NCBI RefSeq assembly: GCF_009834535.1
Contig: NC_045697.1
Span: 86,554,001 to 86,618,000, forward strand
Source: Camelus ferus
Taxonomy: Eukaryota
Length of the DNA: 64,000 nt
Direction: 5' to 3'
Shown here: positions 50,875 through 64,000 of the stretch, piece after piece
Position numbering within the stretch: position 1 is the first letter of the stretch
Layout of the letters: every line of letters begins with the position of its first letter
Notes under the pieces: generated by a model
What the model was told of the DNA's origin: nothing
Databases searched by the model: none
Seen by the model: only the letters and a program-made list of their open reading frames with translations
Translations under genes and position numbers: made by a program

Positions 50875-51852
50875 GTAAGTTTTATGGAAGCTGTATTTGA
50901 AAGCAACTAGAATGGGCATATCATACATTCTGAATCCATATAGCAAAAGAACAAGTAAATTCAGATCTTTCCATATACTACCTCCAGGCTTGAGATACTA
51001 TGTGTATGCTTCAAGTGGCCACAGATTCTCCCTCCCCTGTACTCAATCTAATCTGTTACTACTACTAAAATATACCACGTAGTTGACCACTTTCTCTTCT
51101 ATGCTATTGAAAATCTACTTTTTTCTAGTTGTAAGTCTTTATAAACTTTAGGGAGTATGGATTTATACACTCTTCACATACTAACACAGGAGTTAGGGAT
51201 TGCAGTCTATTATTCTGGTTGATCTGTGGCCATAACTTGATTGCCTTGTTGAAGGCAACTGTCATCAATTAGCATGAAATCTGGACAACACAGACAAGCA
51301 CAAAAAGGAAGTAAAATTCACTTCAAGTTCAACATCTAGAGATAACCATGGTTTTATAGTTTGTTAAAAATCCTTCCAGTAACACCTTTTGAAAACAAGG
51401 GAAATGAGTGTTCCTATAGAGAAACTTCAAGAAAAATAATTTTAGATTTTATTGTCTTAACATTTTATTGGACATGAATCTTGAATACACATTGTCAGTT
51501 TTCTTTTTTTTCCCTCATTTTGTAGTTTTTAAAATTTTTCACATGGAGAAAGGAAATAACTCAAAAACTATGGTAGGGACAAAACTAGGTTTTCATTTGA
51601 TTTTAAGGGACATGAAGAATGGCAATAATATGAAGTTTGTCCTTGCCAGAGGCTCTAAATGTGGTTGATTTCTGTTTCGTTTTAATCGTGTAGAACCAAG
51701 TCACTCCATTCTACCTTGCTTTGGGTTTGCACCTATTTCTGTTACTGGAATTAAATGTACACTGACGAGTTAAATAAGAGAACATGCAGATTTTACCTTG
51801 GTGATTTTACCTTGTTTTTTTTAAAGAAAGAAACTTTCTTTTCTTTCTCTAG

Positions 51853-52082
51853 GCGTCTTACTCCACACTCTATATCTGCATTTGAAGCCAATGAAGAACT
51901 GAGTCTCCATGTGGCTGTTGAAGGCAAAATTTATCTGACTGTCTACTGTCCTGCAGATGTTGTTAATAGAATAAGCAGTATGTCCTCAAGTGACAAATTG
52001 ACAAGGTGGGAAGTGCTTGGTGTACAGGGAGCTTTGCTGAGTCACTTCATACAGCCAGTTTATATCAACAGTATACTTGTTG
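51853..52082 (+). CDS. ADAD1: ADAD1 coding exon 8 ([15 protein letters not shown]...[35 protein letters not shown]), 230 bp
   Basis: Acceptor AG 51851-51852, donor GTgagt at 52083; contains the ADAR signature [14 protein letters not shown]. Confidence 0.96.
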
Positions 52083-53029
52083 GTGAGTGGGATTTCAGTA
52101 TCTCTTGGCTTCTTTCACTAAATGGTTGCACTATATTTTATTTATCAGTGTAAAGTTAGAGTTTGCATACATGAAGCTTTATTTAAGGTAAAAATTTTTT
52201 GTTGAGGTTTTCATTTCATGGTAACTTGTAATCACCTTCATATAATATGACTTTTGTCATCTTGTCAGGAGACCAAGAATTAATATTTTAAGTTATTAGG
52301 CAATTAGATTTATACTATCTTGAACTTAAACTTGCATTTGTGCAATATTCAGTTCTCCCCCTTCTTTTGAAAAATGTTTCCTTAAACTTCCCAAATTTAA
52401 AAGCTTATGTTCAGTTATGCTGAAATAAGAAAAACACTAAATGTGCCTCTTTTGTTTTTTTCCTACTTTTATGCGTCTATCATACATTTGGTTATGATTT
52501 TGATCCTTTAAGTAACTAGAACACAAATAACGTGAATTCATAATTTACTACTTTGGTAGGGGTTGTTATGGGATGTATTCATATTTGAATGGTTTTCCAG
52601 AGATTATCTCATTGATAGACATTTTTGGCGCTCATTTCTATAGTTTTCACAAAGCCCTAAGAGTTTTAAAGCTTTAGTTACCCTTGGGAAGCAACTTAAA
52701 TACTACCATTACTTGGCTTTACTTTCCTTACTGTTAATTTTTGGTAATGATTGCACATGTATAAGCTTTAGATCCTCACATGAGTAAAATTTTTGTTTTT
52801 AGAAAGTGCTATTTCTTTTATTTCTTTCTTGTTTTTTTCTTCCTATATTTTACACCTTTTACACCCATTTCTTTAGGAATTCTCCTACAGACTTATTTTT
52901 TTCAGTTTTATATATATACATGTATATATATATGTATGTATATAAAGACTATATTTTCTTGCCATTTCTATTTGGTTTGGCTTTAATAAATTTTAAAAAG
53001 GAAATAGCAATTTTTTTCTACTATTAAAC

Positions 53030-53630
53030 TTATTTTCTTTATTTAGGAAATCTATTACTTCGTTCGCAATTCAAAAGATTCAGAAGGATATTCAGTGAAA
53101 AATCTTCCTTCCATCCTGGTGTCCCAGGCACTCATTTTACCTCTATGGCATCCGTGCTAGTTTCTTGTTTTTCTTTCCATAGATAGTTTATGCTTAAAAA
53201 CGTAAATGCATACTTTTTAAAAAAATTTTTACACCAGTGGGATTATACAATTCATACTTTCCTGCATCTTGCTATTTTCAGTTAACAGTGTATCTTGGAA
53301 ATTTTTCCATATGAGTATATGGAGAATTTTTTCATTATTATTCATAGTTCTCTGTATGATATATATAAATGTATTATGATTTATTTAACCAGTTGTGGAT
53401 TGATGCAACTTTAGATTGTTTCTAATCTTTTGCAGCTACCAAAATGTTACAGTGGATGACCTTTTTATTTTACATTTGTTATTCACACAGATAAAATATA
53501 CCTATAAGATGAATTCCTAGAAGTAGAATTATAGGTCAAAGATGTATGCATTTGCAATTTTGAAAAATGTTACCAGATTGCCTTCCAAATCATATTCCCC
53601 ATATGAGAATGCCTGTTTGCTCACACCCTA
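53030..53630 (-). mobile_element. Old L1ME-like 3' fragment
   Basis: Motifs gatttatttaaccagt...ttagattgtttctaatcttttgc and gaattcctagaagtagaattataggtcaaag. Confidence 0.65.
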
Positions 53631-56081
53631 AAAAGTGGTTATTTCTAACTTTTTCCAAATATATATTCTTGTAGATGATTTATTTCTTAGATTTAATTTG
53701 GATACCAAATTATTCATAATGATGTTTTTTAGTCAGTTCAGATACTCTCTCAGACACTTCAAACTTTTCTTAGTCTTCTTTAGGAAAGGCTATTTTTGTT
53801 CTTGATAAGTGTCTTTAAACTATCTAAGAAATGTCTTTGCATCCTCTAGAGTCACAACTTTGATGAGCAAGGCTTTCTTCGACTTTTGTGAAGAAAGATA
53901 TTTTACAGTTTATCGTTTGTATAACATAACTCCACACTGTATTTAGTTTTTCAAAAGGATGGAGTCTTAAATAGATTCATTTAAAATGATTTAGTATTTA
54001 GTGGTTTGGATGGAGGTTTAAAAATTAGATCTCATCATTTTGACTTCCATCTTGCACCTAGCAATAGGAACACCAGGTAGTAATAAAAATACTGTAAGAC
54101 CTTGTAAAATTGTTTGAGTTCTCTTTCTTTGCATTTGTGGGACATATCTAAAATTAATTGTTATTCTGTCTGGCATAACCTAAACAATTTTAGTGTTTAT
54201 TAAAAATGCAGATTTCTTGACCCCCTTAAGATCTCTACTGTATGTCTGGAGGGTAGCCCCAGATTTTTAAGAGTACCACCATGTGATTCTGATACAGATG
54301 ATGTGAATGACTCACTTTGAGATGTACTCAAATTGTAAAAGTGTGATATGTACAGCTAAGAGAATCTTAAGAGTTCATTGAACTTTATTAGTCATCTATT
54401 GCAGCTTCTCACTTACTATACAAACTCTTTTTGTACCATTTCTTATAGAAGATCATTAAACCCTAGTTTACAAAGATCCAGGAATGTGGAGTATAGGATT
54501 TAAAGGCAATTCATTCCATTAATTGGATAGCTCCAATTGTTTTTAAAAATTCCTCTATTTAGAATTGAAATTTGCTTCCCTTTAATTCTAAACTAAATGA
54601 CAACACTTGTTATTTGATGATAATGACCTTGTCCCCTTTTAAGTCTTATGAAATCTTTTGCAGTTCTTTATTTTGATTCTTAAAAACCCGTGTTAGTTTA
54701 ATAGATCAGTTACAAATGGGGAGAGTATTATACTTTAAGACTTCACTTAGCTTTTCAAAAAAGTTGTGGAAACTGCAGATGTTCTCAGATGTTCATTCTG
54801 TCATTTTATGATAGTAGTCTTTTTCTTTTTTAAGGAAAAAAGTCTTAAGCTTACATGTAAAAAGTCACTATTATTTGAATAGAAAATAATCCAGAGTAAC
54901 CTGGAAAAAACTCACTTTGCTAAGATATTAAAAAGCTGGATTTGAATTATTTTCAAGCTTTTTAAGGTATATTTACAAATTTGCTATCCTGTTAAGATAA
55001 AATTATCTGAAAAAATACTTCAAGAATGTTTATCCAGAGGTAGTTCCATTCAGGAGTCCTTTTTATATGCTGATTTGAATTGTACAATTGGATCGTAGAG
55101 AATCCTAAATACTGATTCCCTCCTAGTGAAGGGCTCTATTTTAAACACAGTTCATGGACTTTTAAGAAGCATATGATAACCTTAGAGATTCTGTTATTCA
55201 TTTCTTTTTTTTTTTCCAGATCAGTAATAGGAGGTTTTAGAATGTTATTAAAATACATGCCCAAAATCATTAGTTTGCCTATTGGCATAACCTGGACTCA
55301 GCCTTCATAACTTCTCATGCTTCTGCCTTTAGTATTAAATTGTGCTCTGACAACTTTGTCTGAGCTAGCCAATGACTAGAATCTCACCCTTTTGTCTGTT
55401 AAACTTGACAGTCTTGAAAGGCAGGTGCTTTTGCACACTCATCTTGGTCTGGTTTGTACTGGAAGTCAGTAGATGTTTCCTGGATAAATGCTTTGAGTCA
55501 GCATGTTTTATTTTTGAAAGTGCTTTTATTTTTCTTCTTAATACTAATTCTGCTGCCTAGAATACTTGAAAAATAAAATTTAACTATTATTCTTTAGTCT
55601 TGTTGCACTTTAGGATCACCTGGGAATCTTTTAAAATAATATGGGAATGGCATTGATACTAATATCCCAATCCATAGTGATTTTAATATGCATCCGGGAT
55701 AATTTCTGCTGTCTGATAATCTTATCTTTTATATTCGTTTTACATCGGGTGTTTATTGAGCCACCTAGTATATGCTAGATGGTGTGCATTACATAACTCT
55801 CAGGGACACCATTCACATAAAATATAGAGTGAGCATTAAGAATAAAGACAAGATGTTTCTTGCTTTTATATCTTCTCCTATCTAGACATCAGTTGTGTTT
55901 CACAGGAGCGTGATGTGTTTTCTCCAGATGTTCTGTAATATATGGGTGATGGTGTTAAAGTGCAGTTGTCTCAGACTAAATATGATGTTTCAGATGTGAT
56001 ATGACAAGTACATAGTTTTATAATAACATTGTATACTTTGATTTAGACATTGTATTTTTATTAATGCAGCCTTAGTTTGTA

Positions 56082-56376
56082 TGAGCACACCTTGAAGATA
56101 TTGTGGGTTCGATTTCAGACCACCACAATAAAATGAATATCACAATAAAATGAGGCACACAAATTTTTTGGTTTCTCAGTGCATAGAAAATTTATGTTTA
56201 CACTATACCATAGTCTGTTAAGTATGCAGTAGCATTATGTCTAAAAAAGTAGTTTGTTGCTAAAAAATGCTAACCATCATCTGACAACACAGGGTTGCCA
56301 CAAACCTTCAATTTGTAAAAACCATAATACCTGCAAGGCTCAATAAAGCAAAATGTAGTAAATTGAGGAATGCCTG
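56082..56376. mobile_element. Second copy of the ~300-bp Tigger1-derived MITE, opposite orientation to 21421-21728
   Basis: ta|TGAGCACACCTTGAAGATATTGTGGGTTCG...GAGGAATGCCTG; its reverse complement aligns by eye with the 21421-21728 copy. Confidence 0.85.
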
Positions 56377-56901
56377 CGTTATCTGTTTCAACAACTGTTT
56401 CTGTTGACTTAAGTTAACTTATGGTAGACTAAGCTTCTGAGATCTTTTCTGCATGAAAAGCTCACAGGTCATATTTGCTATAGTCTTTGATAATATTTAA
56501 CCTTTAATGTTAATCTTTGAGCTTGATGTTATTATTTCAAATCATTTTAGATGAATCAAATCAAAATTTCACAATTATATGACATAGTTTTATAGAGGTG
56601 TATTTGTCCAGGAACAAGATTTGATTATATTCAAGATATAATCAAAATCATACCTCAGATATAGTTAATAATTAAAGCATACATATATAATTAGAAAAAG
56701 TAAAATTTCTAATAAAATATTAATTTACATGCCTTTTTGTATTAAATTAGCTTTTATACCATCACATTAAAATATATAGGTGAAACAGTTTGATGTTTAA
56801 GGAATCCTAATGTGGAGTTTCACTGGTAGGTTTTTTTTCTCTTTTCCTAAATATGATCTTGCTATTTTAGGCACCGCCAGCGTCATTATCTTATTACAGT
56901 T

Positions 56902-57220
56902 TGTCTTAGTCTGTTTGGGCTACTCCGAAAAAAAATATCATACACTGGGTGGATTAAACAATAAGCATTTATTTCTCACAGGATCAAGGCACTGACAGAT
57001 TCAGTGTCTGTTGAGGGCCTGCTTTTTTTTAATTCATAGATGACTGTCTTCTCAGTGTGTCCTCATATGATGGAAGGGGTTAGAGTCTCTTTTATCATAC
57101 AGGCATCAGTCCCATTCATGACAGGTACAACCCTCATGATTTAATCGCCTCCAAATACCATCACATTGAGGATTAGGTTTCAACGTATGAATTTTGTGGG
57201 GACACATTTAGTCTATAGTA
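56902..57220 (-). mobile_element. MLT1A-type solo LTR
   Basis: TGTCTTAGTCTGTTTGGGCTAC...catttatttctcacag...taggtttcaacgtatgaattttgtggggacacat; flanks cagtt and cagtg match at 4/5 (probable TSD). Confidence 0.8.
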
Positions 57221-57778
57221 CAGTGTGTATAATACATAACATTTTCTTTCATATCCATGTCTTGTGTTAATTATAGATACAATGACTATTCCACAGACTT
57301 TATTTCTCCCTAGCTTTTTTTTTTGTATCTAAGTATATCTTAACTAGCCTTCGTCATTACCTCTTAATTTGGAACATTCAAAGGAGTGCTTAGAAAAAGA
57401 ATGTTGAAAACAACTCATGTTCTTTTTACGTCATTTTCTAGTCCACAAATAAGTATAAACAATTTAAGCCCAGGAGCCATCTCAACAATTACAGTGATGA
57501 GAAAACAAAACTTTGTGTGAAATATGACTAGTGATATGTAAAGATTCACTTGTGAGAACTTCAGAGCCTCTAAGGAGGAAAAGAGATTTGCTTTGGAAAT
57601 AGGAATGACTGTCCCCTAACTTCTACCTTAAGTTTGATGCAGCCTATTATTTTATGGTAATGACACTGCATCTTTTGGAGCTCTCTTCTTCAACAGTTAG
57701 TTAACTGAGAACTCAGAGCTTATGGCATTGGTCTCAATTTTAACCAGAAATGGTCATTCTTTAAATTAATTTGTGTCA

Positions 57779-57827
57779 TGAAACAGGAACGTTGTACTGA
57801 AACAGGAACGTTGTGGTACTGAAACAG
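57779..57827. repeat. Short tandem duplication of TGAAACAGGAACGTTGT(GGT)AC, ~2.4 copies
   Basis: Directly visible. Confidence 0.85.
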
Positions 57828-58280
57828 TCGTAATCTATGGCTCTCAGATGTGGAAAAATAACTACTTTCACCGTCTATTTCTCAACCATATATATCTGCT
57901 ACATTATGTGCTGGCTTCATGCTGTAATCTCAGAAATCAAGACAGAATGAGCCAGTTCTCTCTGGCAGAACCCTGTTAAAGTACCAATTTGTTTCTAGTC
58001 AGCTCTGGCTTTTTGCTTTTCTTCACTGGAATGTCAATATATTGTTTTCTGTAGAAGATTGTTTTTTGAATTGAAATTCTGACTGTTACTACTTGTACTG
58101 GTTCTGGCAAAAAAAAAGTCTAGAATTAGCTCCTAAGAGAGTAGAAGTAGGAAAGAGAAGGTTGTGAAATACAGGATAGAGAAATGACCTGTTTACAGTT
58201 ACTTATTAATTTATATTCTTTTTAGGGTCTAGTCTTTTGATACTGAACTTCTAAGTATTTATCTTGTTTTTGCTTTGTAG

Positions 58281-58518
58281 GTGATGGGAATTGCAGTGAT
58301 ACAAGAGGCTTAGAGATTGCTCTAAAGCAACGTGTTGATGATGCACTCACTTCAAAACTTCCTATGTTTTACTTGGTCAACAAACCTCATATTAGTTTAG
58401 TACCTTCTGCATATCCACTTCAAACAAACTTGGAATATAAATTCCTGAGTCTAAATTGGGCACAAGGAGACATTTCTTTAGAAATTGTGGATGGCCTAAG
58501 TGGGAAGATCACTGAAAG
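58281..58518 (+). CDS. ADAD1: ADAD1 coding exon 9 ([21 protein letters not shown]...[23 protein letters not shown]), 238 bp
   Basis: Acceptor tttgtAG 58279-58280, donor GTtagc at 58519; S.NW motif. Confidence 0.95.
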
Positions 58519-59589
58519 GTTAGCATTACTAACTTCTTTAAAAATTACATATTACTTAAGCAAAAGAATATATTTTAATATAGTTTTTAAAAACTATTTC
58601 AACTTTTTGGATATAGTTTTTTGAATTCTGAATAATAATAGTTACTGAGTGTAACCATGTTGCAGGCATTGTACTAAATTAAAAACTTTTTTTCCTGATG
58701 AGGAGACAGACCTGGAGAAATGACATGACTTACTGCAGTTACACAGTGAGTGGTGGAGCCAGCATGCAAAATTGCTCTCCACAGCCTTTGTTTCTCTAGT
58801 TATTATTAGCATTAAAATTATTCAATGTATATAAAACTCCAGTGTTTTTAAAAATTCAGTTTTTCCTGCTGAATCTGAATGTCTTGATTTAGGGTTTAGA
58901 AAGCTGTATTTTGACAACTTTCTCAAGTATTATTTATGCACACCTAAGTGTGAGAAGTATTGTACTGTGTTATTCTGCCTTATAAAAATCCTGTAGGTTA
59001 GGTGGTATTGTTCTTTTACAGATAAATAAACTGATATTCAAGCAAGGCTGAATATCTTGCCTAACGTCACTCAGTTTATTTAAGTGACACAGCTAGGATT
59101 CTGATGTGGACATTTTATTTCCAAAGACTTTGTTCATATCCATAATACATTATACCTTTTAGACATTTCTTTTTAATATCCCTGACACTGATTATCAGGT
59201 GAAACTAAAACCCTTCTTTTAGTGTGAACATATTTATAATGGGGTAATGAATAATGTTAAAAGCTTAAATGCCTGAATTTGCTTTCTTTATGAAAGATGG
59301 ATTTAAATTAAGACCACATATAAATTATTTTGATATGAACTTAGTTGAGCATACTATTAAGTATTTCAGCTAGGATGAATTATACTATTTATGCTTTGAA
59401 TCAGCATAAAGAAGTGTTATCTCTGTTAGTAATGGACTACACACAATCAAAGAAAAAGATCTTCTATGAAAGACATTAAAAAACTTTACTGAAAACATAA
59501 GATAATAGTATAACACAGATGAAATTAATGTAAAATGAGCTTAACTCATTTATTGCGAATAAATGCTTGCCAAGTGATTGCAAACACAA

Positions 59590-61560
59590 AAAAAAGCAGA
59601 TATGATCTAATTACTCAACAAGGTGTAATTCATCCCCAAAGCATTTCATAAGGCAGAAAACACTTCTGCAGTATAATTCACAAGGAAGAACGGTTATGAG
59701 TAACTATGCAACAACTAATGTAGTATCAACATTCATAAAGCAGAAATTACAGAAAGCAAAAGGAAAAATATGAACACACTATTAGTTGAGACAGTAATTC
59801 ACCTCTTTCAGTTCATGGTAGATTGAGCAGACAAAACAATAAGCAAGAATATAGCAGTCTTAAATAACAATAGGATAGATCTGATTGATTTCTTCAAAAC
59901 TTCGTGTCATAAAAATATAAAATACACCTGCTTTTCAAAAACCTGCAGAACGTTAACAAAAATTGGCTATGTGTTAGGCCACAAAGACAATCTCAAATTC
60001 TAAAAAGTAGAAGTGATATAGACAATATTCTCTAATTGTGATGCAATAAAACTATAAATAACAAAATCAGAATACTGGATACTTATTTCACTGGGAAAAA
60101 ATGTTTCCTAACTTTTGGTTCAAAGAGAAAATATAAAATGAAGCCACAGAATATTTAGAAAACAAGGGTATTTAATGTGTTACATTTCAGAACTTACAGA
60201 TATATAGCTAAAGCAAAGCTGAATGGAAAAGCCAATTCTTTAGCTTGGCTTATGGTAATAAACAGAATGAAGAGATTTATAAAACTACAAATGTAAATTA
60301 AAGAGCTAGGTAGAAAACTGAATTTAGAAATAATCATTTAAAAAAACTGATTCTGTGAAAAAAAAAAAAACCACTAGCTAATCTCATATAAAATAACAAG
60401 GGAGTAGTTACAGAAAAAATTAAAAGAAATCATAAGAAACTTCTTTGCTCATCCATGCATATATATTTGAAAATCTGGATGAAATGCATAAACGTCTAGG
60501 AAAAAATAATTTCTAAAATTGATACAGAAAAGGAGAAAAAAACTAACATTATTTTCTTGAGAAAGAAAAAGATGCCCTACCTCTTTTCCAAAGAAAGCAC
60601 TATTCTGAGGTGGTTCAGAGGAATTTTATAAACCTTTAAATAGCAGAAATTTCCAATGCTGTCTAAAAAGATGGAAAGCATTCAAATGCTTTTGTAAAGC
60701 AAGTGTATCATTGATACTTAAACTCTATAGAAGATTGCTGCCCCCAACCACAAAAGCTATAACCAAACTAAATTTTATGTCAAGCAAAATTGCTAAATAA
60801 AATATCAGAAAGCAGAACTTTAAAATAATATGTTTTATACAACAATACCAAGTGGCATTTTTTTCTGGAAATGTGAGAATAATAACATAATAAAAAATAC
60901 CAGATTAGAAACTCTTGTTAAATTGTCATTAATTGATCTAGGGGAAAACACCATATATTCAGCTCTATAAATTCTAAGAAGGCCTATAGTACAGCTATGC
61001 AACTATTTTAGGTAAAGATACTCTATAAAAAAGTAAAAGATATTTTTGTTAATGGTAAAATGTATCTTTTTTTTTAATTGAAGTATACTCAGTTTACAAT
61101 GTGTCAATTTCTGGTGTACAGCATGATAGTTCAGTCATACATATACATACATACATTTGTTTTCATATTCTTTTTCATTATAGGTTACTACAATATATTG
61201 ACTATAGTTCCCTGTGCTGTACAGTAGAAACTTGTTTATCTATTTAAAATGTATCTTTACTAGTCCAAAAGTGTCATCATGATTAATGATGAAACCACAG
61301 AGTCATTTCTACTAACATCTGAAACAAGATATGATTGTTTACTGTTATTGCTGTCATTTAACATTTTATTTAATGCATTTGAACAAGAGAAATAAATGAG
61401 ATATAAAATATTGGAAAGGAGGTTGTAAAATTACAACTCTTTGCATACAGTACCATTTTATACTTGAAAAGTCCAAGAGAATCATCTGAAAAACCACCAC
61501 AAAAAAAAAGATATCAAGGTGGAAAATTAGTATAGAAAGATCAGTACATTTTATTAACAT
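59590..61560 (+). mobile_element. Highly decayed old L1 ORF2 fragment
   Basis: Degenerate EN-to-RT sequence (e.g. tatgtgttaggccacaaagacaatctcaaattc, tttgaaaatctggatgaaatg). Confidence 0.7.
61070..61244 (-). mobile_element. 175-bp 5'-truncated L1 3' end with a perfect 14-bp TSD, nested in the older L1
   Basis: TAAAATGTATCTTT at 61056-61069 and 61245-61258; body ttaattgaagtatactcagtttacaatg...tatagttccctgtgctgtacagtag. Confidence 0.88.
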
Positions 61561-61563
61561 GAG

Positions 61564-62012
61564 TGTATGTTAACTATTGCTGCTTATGAACTATCTCAAA
61601 ACTTGGTGGCTTAAAAGAAGAACCATTTACTGCTGCTCACAATACCTTAGGTCAACTGAACTGGATTTAATTGGGCTCTCCCATGTGTCTGGGGTAAGCT
61701 CTAGGTCAACTGAACAGCATCCTGGCTGATCTGGTCCATGTGTTCTCTCATCTTTAGTACACCGATCTCATACGGCTCACATGGCAGAGGAAAGGGTCTT
61801 AAAAGAATGAGAACACAAAGCCTCTTGAGACCCAGGGTTGGAACTGGTACATTGTCTATTCTGTTCAACAAAACAAGTCACAAAGCCAGCCCAAATTCTT
61901 GGGGGAGGGGAATCAACCACAGTTACAGATGGAAGAATCTGAGAAGATACATTGTAAAGACCATGGAGACAGGGAGGAACAAAAGATTTTGGCAAATTTT
62001 GTAATCTATCAC
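61564..62012 (-). mobile_element. Old MLT1-type solo LTR
   Basis: tgtatgttaactattgctgc...caaaacttggtggcttaaaa...aagtcacaaagccagcccaaattc...ttgtaatctatcaca. Confidence 0.75.
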
Positions 62013-62654
62013 AAGAACAACTAAGAAGATATAATGAAGGAAAAGAGTTAAATAGCAAGAAAGCTCATGATCTGTGGACCCACTTTTGTTAGAAACAGAA
62101 AAATATATATCCACATGCACATATATACACACACATACATATATGGAGGGTAGTGAGGTAAGTGTGCATATTTTACTTTTTTATTGAGTTAAAATTTATA
62201 TACAGTTAAATGCACTGTACAATTTCATGAGTTGTGATATACGTATATATCTGTGTACCCCATCTGTATATAACCATTATCCCAGTCAAAATTTAGGACA
62301 TTTTCATCATCTCAGAAAATATTTCTATGCCCTCGTCTAGTCAATCCCTGGTAGAACCAGTGTTTTACTTTGGATCACCATAGATTAATTTTGCCTCAAA
62401 CAATAGAAATGTTCCAGATATCCATCTTCTGCTTTACTTTTTAATGTAATACTCTGATAACTTAAATTGTAATTTTATTAAAAACTAGCTTCAGAAAGTA
62501 AAGATTCAGAATAATTTTATGTAAAAAAATGTGCTATATGCATGCATATAATTGAGAAAAATATTGTAGATTCTATGTTGATTTTAGTCCTTGCAATTGC
62601 CAACATAAATTTTTGAATAATAATTAGTAAATATTTCATTCCTTTCTACCTTAG

Positions 62655-62787
62655 TTCTCCATTTAAAAGTGGTACGTCAATGGCAAGTCGGCTTTGTAAG
62701 GCTGCAATGTTAAGTCGATTTAACCTGCTTGCCAAAGAAGCTAAAAAAGAAGATTTACTTGAAGCCAGTACATATCATGGAGCTAAG
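62655..62787 (+). CDS. ADAD1: ADAD1 coding exon 10 ([45 protein letters not shown]), 133 bp; the gene continues beyond the window
   Basis: Acceptor AG 62653-62654, donor GTaagt at 62788; SRLCK and Y..AK motifs. The ten exons sum to 1620 nt (540 codons) with no stop. Confidence 0.95.
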
Positions 62788-64000
62788 GTAAGTCTTTAAA
62801 GGAATAAAGTTGATCATTGAAATAAAAAATTAAGACAATAATAATGTGGTAATTTGATGATGATGATAAATAGCAAAAGTTGTGGAATAGTACACGAAAA
62901 TAAGATATTGCCATGTAGTGGTAAAATTAATTTTTAAATGAATATGCCAGAAATTGGATATGTAAATAAATACTGCCACCTAAAGTAGCTACCTCAGTAT
63001 GGTATGTACTTACTTTGACAATATTGCTCAAAACCTTCTGTCATACCTAGAGAAATAAAATGGTAATAAAATTTCTCCTGTGTATGATGTTAAATATGCT
63101 AACTATTGAATTTAAATATTCTAAAATAATGTGTTACTATATTTATATAAATTAATTTGCCTATCACAAAATTGTGAAACACCTTTGATTTCAGCATGTA
63201 ATTTGGGCTTGATAAGTGATGTAGATATACTTTTTCTATCTTTAAAAATGTTTATTTTTTTAGTATTACAAACATAATGCACACTTAAGTAGAGAATTTA
63301 GAAATTTTTTAAAAGTTCAGAGGGAGAAGTATTACTTGTAATACCACTTTCTATTCAGATATACTACTCCTAATCCTGTAAACATGTTATTTCAGTTTCT
63401 TGCCATGTATTTATATTTTTTGTGTATGCGTATATTTTAAAATATTAAGATGATACTGGATATGCTTTTTAATCTGCTTTTTTCATTCAAAGTACTGTGA
63501 CCTGAACCATGCCATACTATGACATTTCCATGTTAATCAAGTTATTAAATACAAATTGTTTCTCATAACCTAACTTCAATTTCAGTAATGATACAGTATT
63601 GTATGCAAGTCTCTTTTTCACCACTATCTTTATGCTCAAACTGTATAATTCCAATCTGTAAAGCAATTAATATTAATTACAGGCTTATTTGTATGTACAC
63701 ATGTATTTTTAAGTATAAAAGCTTACCTAGACAATTTCTGGTTTTGGCATTAGAAAAGTTGCAAGTCATCTCTAAAAAATAAGTATAAAAATGGATAAAA
63801 TTGTCAAAGAAAAAACACCTTTTTCACAGTTCTGGAAATTGACTAAAGAGAGAAAACACAATGAAAAGTGTATATTCTTGTCAAACTTTTAAAACTTTGG
63901 ATAATAACAACAGGAGTTTGTGGCACCTTTGCCCAAAACTGTTCCCTTTCTCCCTCCTCCCTCTCTACTAGTTTGAATGGCAAGACCTGTAGTTTTATCT

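Noticed and set aside
57779..57827. Short repeat as a CRISPR-like or functional array
   Set aside because: Only ~2.4 adjacent units with no spacers, in a mammalian intron; ordinary tandem duplication.

Overview
Mammalian genomic DNA, AT-rich with a single CpG island. It is probably a camelid artiodactyl; this is inferred from the repeat content (no Alu, B1, Bov-tA/BovB, PRE-1 or SINEC seen). The + strand carries the last six coding exons and 3'UTR of BLTP1/KIAA1109 (2929-~11950). It then carries the CpG-island promoter and ten coding exons (540 codons, final exon beyond the window) of testis-specific ADAD1/TENR (30908-62787), whose deaminase domain lacks the catalytic Glu and two zinc-binding Cys. 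Most of the intergenic space is one old L1 (~15810-29050) holding nested insertions. The most notable is a structurally complete but decayed 2350-bp piggyBac-superfamily transposon (18636-20985, transposase on the - strand). It has TTAA target-site duplications that split L1 ORF2, CAC-starting terminal inverted repeats, asymmetric subterminal inverted repeats, palindromic motifs, a full-length disrupted DDD transposase with a Cys-rich C-terminus, and a strong upstream splice acceptor. The ADAD1 CpG island also shows minus-strand splice signals suggesting an unannotated divergent transcript pointing toward that element. Repeat subfamily names are from recall of consensus sequences and need RepeatMasker/Dfam confirmation.
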